DNA of 64,000 bases from the human T2T-CHM13v2.0 reference genome, Homo sapiens. Both the position numbers and the translations under genes were made by a program. The number at the start of each line of letters is the position of its first letter. The first letter of the stretch is position 1. Positions 35,832 through 53,654 of this stretch are shown here, piece by piece. The stretch lies in NCBI RefSeq assembly GCF_009914755.1, contig NC_060935.1; one strand, 5' to 3'. The notes beneath the pieces were generated by a model, which was given only the letters and a program-made list of their open reading frames with translations, had not been told where the DNA came from and made no database searches.

Positions 35832-37649
35832 TAGGGTGACCCGCAGGCCTTGGCCTCCCAAAGTGCTGGGATTACAGGCATGAGCTACAGTGCCTGACGT
35901 TAACATGTATTTATTGAGTACCTACTCTGTGCCATGTCTTTGTTTGAAGGACTGGAGATACAACAATGAGTACGAGTTTAAGAATCCCTGCCCTCCTATG
36001 GAACTTACATTCTATTCAGGGAGCAGGAAAAAATTAATACATACAATTATAAATGCACTTATTCCTTGACCCAGCAACCTCATTTCTGAGGCTTTAGCCT
36101 AGAGCTTTATCGGCACCGTAAAAAATGATACAGGCACAAGGTTATTCATTGCGGTACTGTTTGAAATAGCAAAAGACTGAGCACAGCTTTCAATTTTGAA
36201 CCACAAAACATATTATACATTCAAATCAAAAGGAACGTTTAGAAAATTGTAGTATAGGTTTTGTTGGATGGCGATAAATGTATTATGGAGAAAAATTAAG
36301 TAGGGAAGGAGATTCGGTAATGATGAGAGGGGACATTGCTATTTGAAAATGATTGTTAGGGAAGGCCTAGTGGAGAAGGCCCGCATGTGAGTAAATATCT
36401 GAAGGAGATAAGGATATACTGGGACATCCTTCAGGCAGAGGGAACAGCAAGGGCCAAGGCCCTGAGGCCTTTCAATGGCTGAAGAACAGCAAGGAGGCTA
36501 GAGTGAGCTGGAGTGGCCTAGTGGTGGGGAGAGGGTGTCCCAGCATTGTCCTCCAGCCGCTGGGGCCTGAAGGCTTGCAGCTGGGAGACTCATGGCCCTA
36601 AGGGACCACCACCATCTCCAGCTCCCCTGCCCACCTCCTAGTACTGCTTGCAGTGATGGCTTCCTCCTGGAAATTCTCTTCTCCGTTGGCCACCTGACGA
36701 CAATCCTGAGGTCTCCCTCTGGGTACTTCTTCTTTTTTTCCTTTTTTTTTTTGAGATAGGGTCTCGCTTTGTTACCCAGGCTGGAGCACAGTAGCACAAA
36801 CACTGCTCACTGCAGTCTCAAACTTCTGGGCTCAAGCGATCCTCTCGCCTCAGCCCCACAAGGAGCTGGGACTACAGGTGCGCAAGTCACCACTCCCAGC
36901 TAATTTTTGTATTTTGTAAAGACGGGGTTTCGCCATGTCGCACCAGGCTAGTCTCCTGGGCTCAAGTAATCCTCCAAGCTCAGCCTCCCAAAGTGCTGGG
37001 ACTACAGGCGTGCATCACCCTGCCCCTCTGGCGGCCTCTTCTAAGTCTCCCTCACTGCCCCGAAGCCCCAAGCCTCCCGGTTCTGTCCTTGTCCTCCTCT
37101 CTCTTGCCGGCTGTTACCATTCCACCCTCCTCCAGGGCTTCTGCCCAGAGTCCGCTCCCAAGCCCAGACCCCACAGTTCTCCTGGCCTCTGGACATCTGC
37201 CTCGGATGTCTCAAGCATATTGGACTCCACGTATGCCCAGACCTGACCAAAGCACTCGCTGATCACCCCTCTGCCCCGCAGACCAGAAAGGTTCATCCTC
37301 TGGATTCCCACCGTGCATGCCTCCCCTCACAGACAGTGCTGATGGTTCCCCCTTCCTGCCTCCTCCATCTGCCCTGAGCAGGACCTGGCTTGGTCTGTTT
37401 GTTTGCTGAGGCCTCCCCAGCACCCAGCGCAGTGCCTGGTACACAGTGAGTCCTCAATAAACAAACTGAACAGGCCAGGCACGGTGGCTCATGCCTGTAA
37501 TCTCAGCACTTTGGGAGAGAGGCAGGTGGATCACCTGAGATCAGGAGATCGAGACCAGCCTGACCAACATGGAGAAACCCCATCTCTACTAAAAATACAA
37601 ATAAATTTAGCTGGGCGTGGTGTCGCATGCCTGTAATCCCAGCTATTCA

Positions 37650-37754
<105 letters not shown>

Positions 37755-38263
37755 TCAAAAAACAAAAAAGAAAAAGAAAAACTGAACAAATAACTGCACA
37801 GCTTCAGTCACTGCCTCCAGCTTCTGAATCTGCTCCCCTCTGCTAGACCCGGGGGCCCGCCCTCCAGGGTCCCTAAGCTCTGGTTGGGGACAGCCCCACG
37901 GTCCAGCCTCACAGCTCTCCCACACTCAGAACCGTGCTTCTTGCAGGAGATTCCGATTTCAGGAGGCCACCGGCCCCTTGCATCTGCCCCCTGGAGGCTC
38001 AGTGTCGCTCTTTTGGTTTCAGTGATTTCTGCCTGCAGGGGACAGAGTGTGACTAGGTCATGGACACCCTTGGGAAGAACATTTTGAATAGGAGGAAAGA
38101 GAAGCAGAACCAGGCATTGGAGGGCCCCGCCTGTCGGGCCCTAAAGACCCATGGTGATGCCTCTCAGTGCAGCATCCTGATGTGTTTGTGTCCCACGATG
38201 AGACTGTAAGCCCTAGAGAGCGAGGATGGCCTCAGCTTCTCCTCTATGACTGGTGTCCTATGG

Positions 38264-38745
38264 CAATTGTTCTCAACACAGGGCAGTCCTCCACCCTCAC
38301 CCCTAAGATTGCCAGAAAAATGCAGGCCACCAGGTGAAATCTTAGAATCAGATAAATAAGTACTTTTTCAGTATAAGTATGTTCTCTACTCAATATGTCA
38401 TTTGGGGCATCCTTATACTGAAAAGTTATTTGTAGGAACATTCATTCTGTTTTATAGAATGAGGTGTTGTCCAATTCTAGAAAAAAAATTTGTTATATGT
38501 ATGAAATACAAATTCAAATTTAACTGGGTGGTTTGAACTTTTATTAGCTAAGTCTGGCAACCCTATCCCTGGGTGACATTTGGCAATGTGTGGAGACACT
38601 TTTGGTTGTCAAACTGTAGGGGGGTGCGGGGTGCTACTGGCATTTAGTGAGAGAGGGGAAGGATGCTACTAAACATCCTGTAGGGCATAGGATACCCCCG
38701 CCACAACAAAGAATTCTCCAGACCAAAGTATCAATGGGTACTAGA
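38264..38745. mobile_element. MER20 (hAT-Charlie) split by MER53
   Basis: caattgttctcaac... then ...gacatttggcaatgtgtggagacacttttggttgtca...gtgctactggcatttagtg. Confidence 0.8.
38304..38565. mobile_element. MER53 palindromic DNA transposon (MITE) inserted into MER20
   Basis: TIRs taagattgccaga...tctggcaacccta; internal cagtataag...cttatactg symmetry. Confidence 0.8.
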
Positions 38746-39684
38746 GCACCCAGAACTCTCCTCCTCATACCCTTGACGCACCTGCCTTCCTACCCCCAAG
38801 CCATTGTGGCAAGAGACTCTTAAACTTACCACAGATGTTGGCTGGGCATGGTGGCTCATGCCTGTAATCCCAGCACTTTGGGAGGCTGAGGCGGGAGGAT
38901 CACTTGAGGTCAGGAGTTCGAGACAAGCCTGGCCAAAATAATAAAACCCCATCTCTACTAAAAAATACCAAAAAAAATTAGCTGGGCATGGTGAGGCGTC
39001 CTTTCTGGACCAGCTCCTACAGCCTGGTCCCCGTGCCCATGCAGAGGTAGCTGCTGCTGCTGAGCTGATGTTGAGCATGGCAGGGACAGAGTTCTATCTT
39101 CTGCTTGGAACTGACACTGGAAAATGGGATCCTGTGGTCATGGGGGCAGTGTATTCTACTAGATTCTGCTAAGTTGCTTTAAAATTAGCTGTATCGGCTG
39201 GGCACGGTGGCTCACACCTGTAATCCCAGCACTTTGGGAGGCTGAGGCCAGCGGACCATGAGGTCAGGAGTTCGAGACCAGCCTGGCCAATATGGTGAAA
39301 CCCCATCTCTACTAAAAATACAAAAATTAGCCGGGTGTGGTGGCGAGCGCCTATAGTCCCAGCTACTTGGGAGGCTAAGGCAGAAGATCGCTTGAATTCA
39401 GGAGGTGGAGGTTGCAGTAAGCCTAGATCACACCACTGCACTCCAGCCTGGGTGACAGAGCAAGACGCTGTCTCAAAAAAAAAAAAAAAAAAATTAGCTA
39501 TACCATTATACTCTACCACCAGCAAGGTATGGCAGGACTGACACCAGGCTTTCAAATGCTGGCAATCTGACAGGCGAAAAGTAGCATCTTATTGTTTTAA
39601 TTTGCATTTCCCTTACAATGGTAGAGATCGAATATCTTTGGATGTTCATTTTTATTTTTATTTTATTTTATTTATTTTTGGTGA

Positions 39685-39846
<162 letters not shown>

Positions 39847-39967
39847 TAGAGATGGGGTTTCACCATGTTGCCCAGGCTGATTTTGAACTCCTGACCTCAG
39901 GTGATCTGCCCGCCTCGGACTCCCAAAGTGCTGGGATTATAGGCGTGAGCCACTGTGCCCGGCCTTA

Positions 39968-40607
39968 TTTTTTTTTTTAATTTTTTTAGTATTTATTGAT
40001 CATTCTTGGGATTTGGCAGGGTCATAGGACAATAGTGGAGGGAAGGTCAGCAGATAAACATGTGAACAAAGGTCTCTGGTTTTCCTAGGCAGAGGGCCCT
40101 GCCGCCTTCCACAGTGTTTGTGTCCCTGGGTACTTGAGATTAGGGAGTGGTGATGATTCTTAACGAGCATGCTGCCTTCAAGCATCTGTTTAACAAAGCA
40201 CATCTTGCACCGCCCTTAATCCATTTAACCTTGAGTGGACACAGCACATGTTTCAGAGAGCACGGGGTTGGGGGTAAGGTTATAGATTAACAGCATCCCA
40301 AGGCAGAAGAATTTTTCTTAGTACAGAACAAAATGGAGTCTCCTATGTCTACTTCTTTCTACACAGACACAGTAACAATCTGATCTCTCTTTCTTTTCCC
40401 CACATTTCCCCCTTTTCTATTCGACAAAACCGCCAGCGTCATCATGGCCCGTTCTCAATGAGCTGTTGGGTACACCTCCCAGATGGGGTGGCGGCCGGGC
40501 AGAAGGGCTCCTCACTTCCCGGACGGGGCAACTGGGCAGAGGCGCCCCCCACCTCCCAGACGGGGCGGCAGCCAGGCGGGGACTGCCCCCCACCTCCCGG
40601 ACGGGGC
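39968..40607 (-). mobile_element. 5'-truncated SVA retrotransposon (SINE-R + part of VNTR), older SVA_A-C-like
   Basis: SINE-R sequence ggcagggtcataggacaatagtggagggaaggtcagcagataaac...; VNTR units cctcccggacggggc at about 40475-40607; poly(T) and tttattg (AATAAA) at about 39968-39998. Confidence 0.93.
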
Positions 40608-40823
40608 ATTTTTTATTTTTTATGTTTTTAAAATTTATTAACTCATATACCTGCACATCATACAACAGTCAAAAATCATCAGTGAGCCAGGAACGGTGGT
40701 TCACGCCTGTAATGTCAGCACTTTGGGAGGCCGAGGCAGGAGGATTGCTTGAGCTCAGGAGTTCAAGACCAGCCTGGGCAACATAATAAGATCTCATCTT
40801 TACTTTAAAATTTTTTTTAATTA

Positions 40824-41228
<405 letters not shown>

Positions 41229-41326
41229 TCAAGACCAGCCTGGCCAACATGTTGAAACCCCATCTCTGCTAAAAATGCAAAAATTAGCCAGGCATGGTGG
41301 TGGGCGCCTGTAATCCCAGCTACTCA

Positions 41327-41455
<129 letters not shown>

Positions 41456-43862
41456 CTAAACAAATTGTAACATTTTCCACAGTGTTCTGCACTTTTCTTT
41501 CTTTCTTTTTTTTTTTTTTTTATGAGACAGGGTCTTACCCTGTCATCCAGACTGGAATGCAGTGATCTTGCCTCACTGCAGCCACAACCTCCTGGGTTCA
41601 AGCAATCCTCCTGCCTCAGCCCCCCAAGTAGCTGGAACTATAGGCATGCACCACCACACCTGGCTAGTTATTTTTTTTTCTATTTTCTGTAGAGATGGGT
41701 TTTTGCCACATTGCCCAGGCTGGTCTTGAACTCCTGGGCTCATATGATCCTCCCGAAAGTGCTAGGGTTACAGGCATGAGCCACTGCACCTGGAATTTTT
41801 TTAAATCCTGGAAAATGGCTTATCCCAATACACATAGAGGTATCTCATTATTGTACATGATTCATAGTATCCCATCTGATGGACACAGTACAATTTTGAA
41901 CAGTTCCCTAGCGTTGGACATTTTGGTGGCTTCCAATATTTTGCTATAGTGAATATTTTTGTGCATATACAATATCTCACCTATAGGAATGTATTTGCAG
42001 GATAATTTCCTGGAAGCACTAGAAGCGCAACTGCTGGGTCAAAGGGCAAGTGTATTTAAAATGTTCAAGGTTATTACCAAGTTGCCTTTCACATCAATTC
42101 ACTGTTTATGTCATTTTATGATCATACAGAAGCTTTTTTTAAATTCAGAGAAAAATATAACACAGTCATTGTCTTTGATAATAAGAAACCAGCATTTATG
42201 AAGCATCTACTGTGTATCAGGAACTTTACACATATTGCCAAAAACACTCAGGACCCCTCTGAGGCACAATGAATTAAGTATTTTGTTCGAGGCACCCACA
42301 AAGGAGGTGGCAGAACCAGAAACCAAGCCACGGTCTGTCAGGATCCTCAGCTTGGGCCTGGGCTTGCTCCTTGTCATCATGCAGAAGCTGACACCCTGGT
42401 ATGAGGAACTGGATTCCAGCATAACTCACAGTGATGTCACATGACAGGTGTCTGCATGGAGGCCTGAACCAAGAGCTGGAACACAGACCCAGAGAACAGG
42501 GCAGGTCGGGTGGCGGTGGGGTAGCTGAAGGGGCTTCACAGAGGCAAGAGCCTTGAAGGTGAGGCCTAAGGGTTGGAGGGAACAGATTTTGCTGGTGAAA
42601 AGTAGACAAGGCTGCTCAGGGGAAAGGGATCCACAAAGACATAGAGGCCTGAAAATCAACTGGGGAAAGAAGAGCTAGTGTGCACAGAGCAGAGGTTGGT
42701 CTGGGGCTGAGGCTGGAAAGGTGGGGTGCAGGCAGCGGGTGAAGAACCCCTTGCAGGCTGCTCTATGGAGCTTGGGCCTTCCAGCGGGAGGCTGCTCATC
42801 TGGGAGGCTGGACAGGGCACATGGCATGGGGTGGAGCTCAGACTCTGGAGCTAATCTTACCTCCACCCCTTCCTGGCTCTGTGCGCTGTCTCCTCCTCTG
42901 TGAAACAGAGAATCTAATTCATAACATTGTGGGAATTAAATGTGCTAAGACAAGTTTAAAAAATAAAAAACACTGGCTGGGCATGGTGGCTCACGCTTGT
43001 AATCCCAGCACTTTGGGAGGCCGAGATGGGCAGGACGGGTGCATCACGAGGTCAGGAGATGAAGACCATTCTGGCTAACACGGTGAAACCCCGTCTCTAC
43101 TAAAAATACCCAAAAAATTAGCCAGGCGTGGTGGCAGGCACCTGTAGTCCCAGTTACTCAGGAGGCTGAGGCAGGAGAATGGCGTGAACCCGGGAGGCAG
43201 AGCTTGCAGTAAGCCGAGATTGCGCCACTGCACTCCAGCCTGGGCAACAGAGCGAGATTTCGTCTCAAAATAAGTAAATAAATAAATAACACCTGACACT
43301 TCACAAGCACTCAAGAAGTGGTAGCCATTTATTAGCCAACAATTGAATTGTTTTAAAAAGTTGTTTTTTTAAATGGATAACCTCTTTTTTTTAGGTTGTT
43401 AAAAAAAATCTTAGTTGGCAGAGCATTGGTTCCATTTGGCAGGAGATGACAGGAGGTGATATCATAACGGCCCAGTCCAAGCACCACTGACAAGGGTTTT
43501 GATCAGAGCGATGTCAGGTCCATCTCTGGGCAGCACAGCTGCCGAGACAGCTCTCAGTAGTTTATATGTGTTGCCAAACAATAATTGTCCTAAAGTGTTG
43601 AAATGCTGTTACGCAAATGCAGATTTTAGAAAGTTAGCATTTATTTAGCTCTTACTATTATAATTAAAGTATCTAATCCTCACACCAACCTTATTGGAGA
43701 AGTACTCTTATTATCCCCATTTTACAGATGACAAAACTGAGATCCAAAGAGAGCTTTAGGCCATCTTCCCAAGGCCACACAACTAGGGTCCACACCAGGC
43801 TTTGTGAGTCCAGAGCTTGTTCTCATCTCTTTTTTTGTTTTTTGGTTTTTGGTTTTTATTAG

Positions 43863-44240
<378 letters not shown>

Positions 44241-44364
44241 TGAAGTTGAGTTGTCTAAACTCTCCAACCTCCTGAATCCTGAATAGCTCTGTTCTCAGAC
44301 CAGAGGGGAGCAGAGAGACAGGGGTAGCCACACAAGTTTCCTAATCTGGGGCATGACAAGCTAA

Positions 44365-44700
<336 letters not shown>

Positions 44701-45174
44701 TAAATATAATTTAGAGACAAGGTGTCACTATGTTGCCCAGGCCTGTCTCAAAAGATCCCCCCCACCTCAGCCTGTCAAAATGTTAGGATTTACAGGCATG
44801 AGCCACCACCCCAGGCCCATGCCTGGCTAATTTTAAAATTGTTTTGTAGAGACAGGGGTCTCACTATGTTGCATAGGCTGGTCTCAAACTGCTAGGTTCA
44901 AGTGATACTCCCACCTCAGCCTCTAGAGTAGCTGAGACTACAGACAGGAGCCACTATGCCCGGCTGAAGTTGTGTTTTAGAAAACAGCTCTGATGTAGCA
45001 AGGCGGAGGCCTGAGGGGTGAAGAGAGAGACAGCAAGCGTCCAGGAAGTGTGTGGGGGAGGTGTGGGCTGGCAGGGCTGTGGGCAGGGCCAGGAGAAACC
45101 CTGAGCCTAGCCATCTCCCAGGGATGCTCTGAAATCCTCCTAAGCCCTTGTCCTGCAGCAGGTACTTACCTGAC

Positions 45175-46085
<911 letters not shown>

Positions 46086-46251
46086 ACACTTCCCTCCTGG
46101 GAACCTGTCTTCCTTCCCTTTCACAGAAGCTGGGTGCTCAGGGGCGAAGGCTCGGCATCAGAGGCGTCCTCCTGGGTCCAGGATCTTCTGGGTTCTCTCC
46201 TGCTGCGGAACCACAGCGCGGCTCCTGCAACCCACGGGCTCCGCTGTGCTC

Positions 46252-46269
46252 TGCCGCCCCCTAGCGGCG
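46252..46269 (-). promoter_or_regulatory. CTCF binding motif in a small CpG-retaining patch
   Basis: Minus strand CGCCGCTAGGGGGCGGCA is close to the core CCASYAGRKGGCRS. CpGs are locally enriched over about 46140-46620, with an adjacent CCAATCAG at 46276-46283. Confidence 0.78.
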
Positions 46270-46799
46270 CCTCTTCCAATCAGCCCTCCCGCTCTTCAGC
46301 GACATCCCATCTTCGTTGATGTGACTGGGAGGGACTCTGTATCCTGAAGCACTTTGGGGTCCCAAGGCGTTCATTCCACTACCTACCATCCTGTGCTGAT
46401 TTTAGCTGAAAGCCACTTAATACAAAGAATTTAAGGAAAAAATTAGAGTTTAAGGCATGTCCTCGTCCCAGGTCTCAATATAACGAAAATGTCTTAGGTA
46501 TCTCTTCTCCGATTGTGGCTTCTGGTTGGTGAAGAGTTATCGATGATGTCTGGAAAGCAATATTGCGCCTACTCCATTAAACTCCAGGATGTTAATAAGT
46601 AATTTGATTTACGGGACTAGATGTTTGGTCTCGGAAGGCAGTTTCCTGATTTTGGTAAAACAGGTTAGTAGTATAGAGATCAGTTAAACTGTACCCTGAG
46701 GATTATGGGGCAATAATGTATATAAAGTATTTACAACAGTGCCTAGTACATTATGAACTCTCAACAAATGTAGCTATTGATAGATGAATTGATTTTTTA

Positions 46800-47183
<384 letters not shown>

Positions 47184-47187
47184 CTAG

Positions 47188-47361
<174 letters not shown>

Positions 47362-47364
47362 TGA

Positions 47365-47775
<411 letters not shown>

Positions 47776-48060
47776 TAAAAAATGTTCAACTGTTCAAGAA
47801 AAGCTTGTTTGTGTTCTTGTGTATTTTTTAAAGTGGATGATTATGGGTATCAAATCACTATGGCATTTATATTCCCATGGATACATTTTCATAAGTGACT
47901 AACTGCTTTAAAGTGTTGACATTAGAATGGTGCTGGAAATTGGCCGGGTGCGGTGGCTCACGCCTGTAATCCCAGCACTTTGGGAGCCTGAGACGGGCAG
48001 ATCGTGAGGTCAGGAGGTCAAGACCATCCTAGCTAACATGGTGAAACCCCGCCTCTACTA

Positions 48061-48267
<207 letters not shown>

Positions 48268-48457
48268 TTATTTAAACTTACAGTGAAAAGTTCTACCTAT
48301 GTCAAGGTTCTACATAACTTTTTAAAATTTTATTTATTTATTTATTTTGAGATGGGGTCTCACTTTGCCACCCAAGCCAGAGTGCAGTGCTGCCAACTCG
48401 GCTCACTGCAACCTCCGGCTTTCAGGTTCAAGCGATTCTCCTGCCTCAGCCTCCTGA

Positions 48458-48709
<252 letters not shown>

Positions 48710-48868
48710 TGAATCCCAGGGCTCAGGCTGTATACCTGGGAGTGGTTCGTCTGGGTTGTAGGACTGCAGGATCAACATTCCTTAAGGATATACCAGACTC
48801 CACAAAGCAGCTGTGCTGCTGTATTTCCCCCCAGCAGGCTTGGCAAGATCCATTGTTCCACATCCCCA

Positions 48869-49450
48869 TGAAGGGGTAAAAGACAACGCCAACCTGAAAT
48901 ATGCCAGATTGGTATACTGATTATTGCAAGAGGAAAACACTGGAGAAATTGTAGTTTCTGAAAGGCTGAGCTGACCTGTCTCTTGCTACATGAAGCAAGC
49001 AATAAAGATTCCTCTGGGAGGAGTCCCTTCTCCACACCAGACAGAGAAAATAACACTTATCAACGGAGACTGGGAATTGGAAGTCACCATGGACCTGAAT
49101 AAACATACTTAACAGTAACCCTTATCTTCCACTTGGTTCACAGCTCACCACTACCATGTATCTCCTAGTGACTTCCCTAGAAAATCTACTGCCCCATAGC
49201 CAGATTTTCTTGGTGCTGTCATTTCTTCTCAAATGTATCACTCTATCTAAAAAGTATAAAAGTTTCTTGCTTTGGCCACTTCTTCATGCTTCACCCTCTT
49301 ACGAAGATCCCCATATACATGTAAAATTAATGAAATTTGTATACTTTTCTCTTGTTAATCTGCCTGTTGTTGATTTCGTTTCTAGATCCAGCGGAAGAGC
49401 TCACTAAGAGCTAAAAGAAGGGGTTACAGGTGATCTCTGGCTCCCCAACA
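48869..49450 (+). mobile_element. Solo ERV1-class LTR, MER34-like
   Basis: Starts TGAAGGGG...aaatatgccagattggtatactgattatt; TATA-like aagtataaaa near 49253; ends ...ggctccccaaCA. About 580 bp. No clean TSD seen. Confidence 0.7.
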
Positions 49451-49580
49451 CTCCCCAAGTTGATGACTGGGTGGGGTCTTGCAGCATTCCTGAGGCAAAC
49501 ACATCCATCATCTCTCCAGGGAAGTCCAAACTAAGCAGAGGTTACTTGGAGCCAGGACCTCAGACTCCCAAGCCTGGTGA

Positions 49581-49939
<359 letters not shown>

Positions 49940-51243
49940 TGAACTAGATTGGATGGTTCTAATAGCTTCTCTTTACGAAAGCCCTCAGCACTCACCCCTA
50001 AGTTAAAGCTCTCTCTTCCCTGTCATACCTGGTTCCTGTCCCTCCCTGGTCAGCTTGGCTGCATGCCAGTCCTTGGCTCTTCCCCTCCCCACTTGCCTCC
50101 AAGCTAACCAGCTGCCTGTTCACACAGCCTTATTCTGGGTAGGAAGCTGGGAAGTTGGTAGCATTGGCTTGTTAGCCTCTTGTTCCTGTCCTCCAGCTAC
50201 TTAAGTGGAGTCACACAGTATATTCAGACCCATATGTGTGGATTTCACTAGTCAAATCCTGGGAAGCCAGTCTCCTGCCTGTTGTTTCTGTGGGGCATGC
50301 CCACCCCCCGCTATGTATTGTTCTCCATGCTCAGGCCTTTGAATGGAGTTTGAATGGGGTTACCAATGGTGTCCACTTGGCTGGGGGCCAGGTTTGTAAT
50401 GGCGGTAGGATGCGGAGAGCAGCAGCCCCAACCCTTTCTGGGAAACAAATTGACCACGTTGCTGTAGTTGGTTGTTATGACCACCAGAGTGCGCAGTATG
50501 CACAGTTTTGGGAGAGCCAGTTAAGAAGGGTGGCATTTTAAACCTAAAATTAAGTGATAGCAAAGACGGAACTTATGATGAAAAAAAAATGAAAATAAAA
50601 TTAAACTAGATAAACCTACTGCCTCTGGGTATTCCAGCTGTGTTCCCTGTCTTCAACCTGGGCTCAGTAACAGCGCTTCAAGAAGGGTCCAGCTGGTCTT
50701 TCTTACCTGGCTGACCACTGAAACTGCCCTCCCGCTCCTGGCCCTTTTTGGCCCTGGGAAGGCCCTTGCAGCTGCTCCTGGGCCCCATCTCTCTAGAACA
50801 GATGCTGGTCCCATGCCCCTGCATGACGCCTGATGGGGCTGGGACATCCTTGGCCTTTCTGTTCCAGCAGTCTGATCTGTGGCCGACTTCTTCCCACATT
50901 TTTCCTTTGAAGGAGCTTTCTCTGTCCTCTACGTTGTGGTAGTGTGGTCCTTTTGCCTGTAACGAAATAGTGCCTGCTCTGTGTAAGAATGAAAGGCACT
51001 GGTGTCTTGTGGTCTTCCCCTAAGAGCAGAGATATGAGCCACGTGTTCGTGTTGGGTAGGACTTGTTGAAACTGACTCACTAAACAAAAACACTGAAGAT
51101 TAATGTAAACCTAAATGCCAAATTGTTTGTCTGCATTAAAAGCAATGACGGCCGGGCGCGGTGGCTCACGCCTATAATCCCAGCACTTTGGGAGGCCGAG
51201 GCGGGTGGATCATGAGGTCAGGAAATCGAGACCATCCTGGCTA

Positions 51244-51558
<315 letters not shown>

Positions 51559-52079
51559 TTAATGATAATTCCTCCATGTTATGGATGAAGACTCTTAGAC
51601 TCAGAAAGGTTAAGTGACTTGCCTGAGATCACAAAGCTTGTAAGTGGCAGTACTGGGATAGGAAATAGACTGAGCTGGCTTCCAGTTTGCCCTCTGTCTG
51701 CCTCCACCTGAGCTGCCCACTCCCTTTCCACCCTCCAGGCATGGCGCCAGCGTCCCTCGCCGCCGGGTGTATTGTGGTGCCCCCATTTGTGTGATATTGC
51801 AGGTGCACATTGACTCCTCACAGTGGGTATCGACACCTAGGGAGAGATCTGGAAACTTGTGCCCCCGTAGTTTACACTGCCTTACCAGAACAGTGTCATT
51901 TTTATTTTCCTGGGTCTTTTTTCTTTTTTCCAAAAGGAGTCTCGCTCTGTCGCCCAGACTGGAATGCAGTGGCGCGATCTCAGCTCGCTGCAACCTCCAC
52001 CTCCTGGGTTCGAGTGATTCTCCTGCCTCAGCCTCCTGAATAGCTGGGATTACAGGCACGCACCACCACTTCCAACTAA

Positions 52080-52250
<171 letters not shown>

Positions 52251-53654
52251 TAAATGAAAGCATTTTATTGTTTAAATCAGGAAACTATTTTCATAATTCA
52301 GGGGTGTTCTCTTGCTCCCAAAGTGTTCAACCCATTTACGCTGCCTGGTGCATCCACTACTCTGGTAAACAACTGAGCCTCTTGTAAGCCTCCACTGAAG
52401 AACTGAAACTCTGTGACATCTTTTCCAACACCCTGCCTTCCCCAACGCCTTCTCACTGTAATGCCCCTTATGATGCCTATCACACTCATTTATCTGTATC
52501 CCCACTCCCAGCTCTGAGCTCCTGGAAGGCAGCAGCGGAGTCAGATTCTTCAGTGACACTAGGATCTGGCATCGGCACTGGTTCCAAGCAAGAATAACTA
52601 ATGCCAATTGAATACACTGCATCCCGGATGCTTTACTATGTGCTAAGCACTTTGCCTGTATTAATTCATTTACTCTTACAACTATTCCAGGGTGTGGGTT
52701 TACTATTATTTTCATCACATTTTACAGATGAAGTAACTGATGCACAGATAACACACCTGAGGTCGCCTAGCTGGTAACTATAGAAACCCAGACCAGGAAT
52801 GCGAGACCAGGCTGTCGGGCTCAAACATACGCCACACTGAAGAGGTGCTTGGTAATGCTTTGCTAAATGAAAAAACCTAGAGTTTCTCCAAAGTATCATT
52901 CAATCTGAAAAGTGTTTTGAATACAGCTGGGAGCAGTGGCCACACCTGTAATCACAACTATTTGGGAGGCTGAGTGAGGTGTGAGGATGGCGTGAGGCCA
53001 GGAGTTTGGGAGCAGCCTGGGCAACATAGCAAAACCCTGTCTCTAAAATAAATAAATAAATAAATAAAATTGATCAGGGGGAGTGCCTTGAATAGTCCCA
53101 AAGGCAGGAAATTACGCTTATTTTTTTGTGTGTCTTTTTTTTTTTTTTCTTCCTTTTTGTGAAGAACAGGGTCTTGCTATATTGCCCAGGCAGGTCTCGA
53201 ACTCCTGGGCTCAAGCTATCCTCCTGCCTCTGCCTCCCTGAGATCTGGGATTACAGGCGTGAGCCACCGCGCCCAGCTTCAAAGGCAGGAATTTAAATCC
53301 ACATCCCAGCCCACTGTGCGGATCCAGTGGCCACACAGCCAGTTTATTCAGGAAAACCTGAACAAAGTTAAGTGGTTGCACTCACTGAGTTCACCTCTCC
53401 TCATTTACTAAACCATTTGGACCTCAGTTTATAGAAGAGAAAGAACACGTATATGTGGGTGAGGGGCTGTGGTGGTCTCACTTCCCTGGCTCCAGGCCTC
53501 CAGGCCTCCAGGAGCAATCCTGAACTTCCCTTAATCTGCCTCTTCCATCCTTATAAAGCTGATCTTCTAGGTCAGGGTGGGGTCCCAGGAACTCACCTGA
53601 CTATGAAACTTAACTGTGAGTTTGCTATCAACTGTCTCTAAAAAAGAAAAAGAA

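Noticed and set aside
40417-40786. ORFs containing PVREVGG / HLPDGAA
   Set aside because: These are SVA VNTR translations.
51740-51805. CpG cluster with a CTCF-like ACAAATGGGGGCAC
   Set aside because: It has four mismatches in the 5' half of the core, too weak to call without ChIP data.
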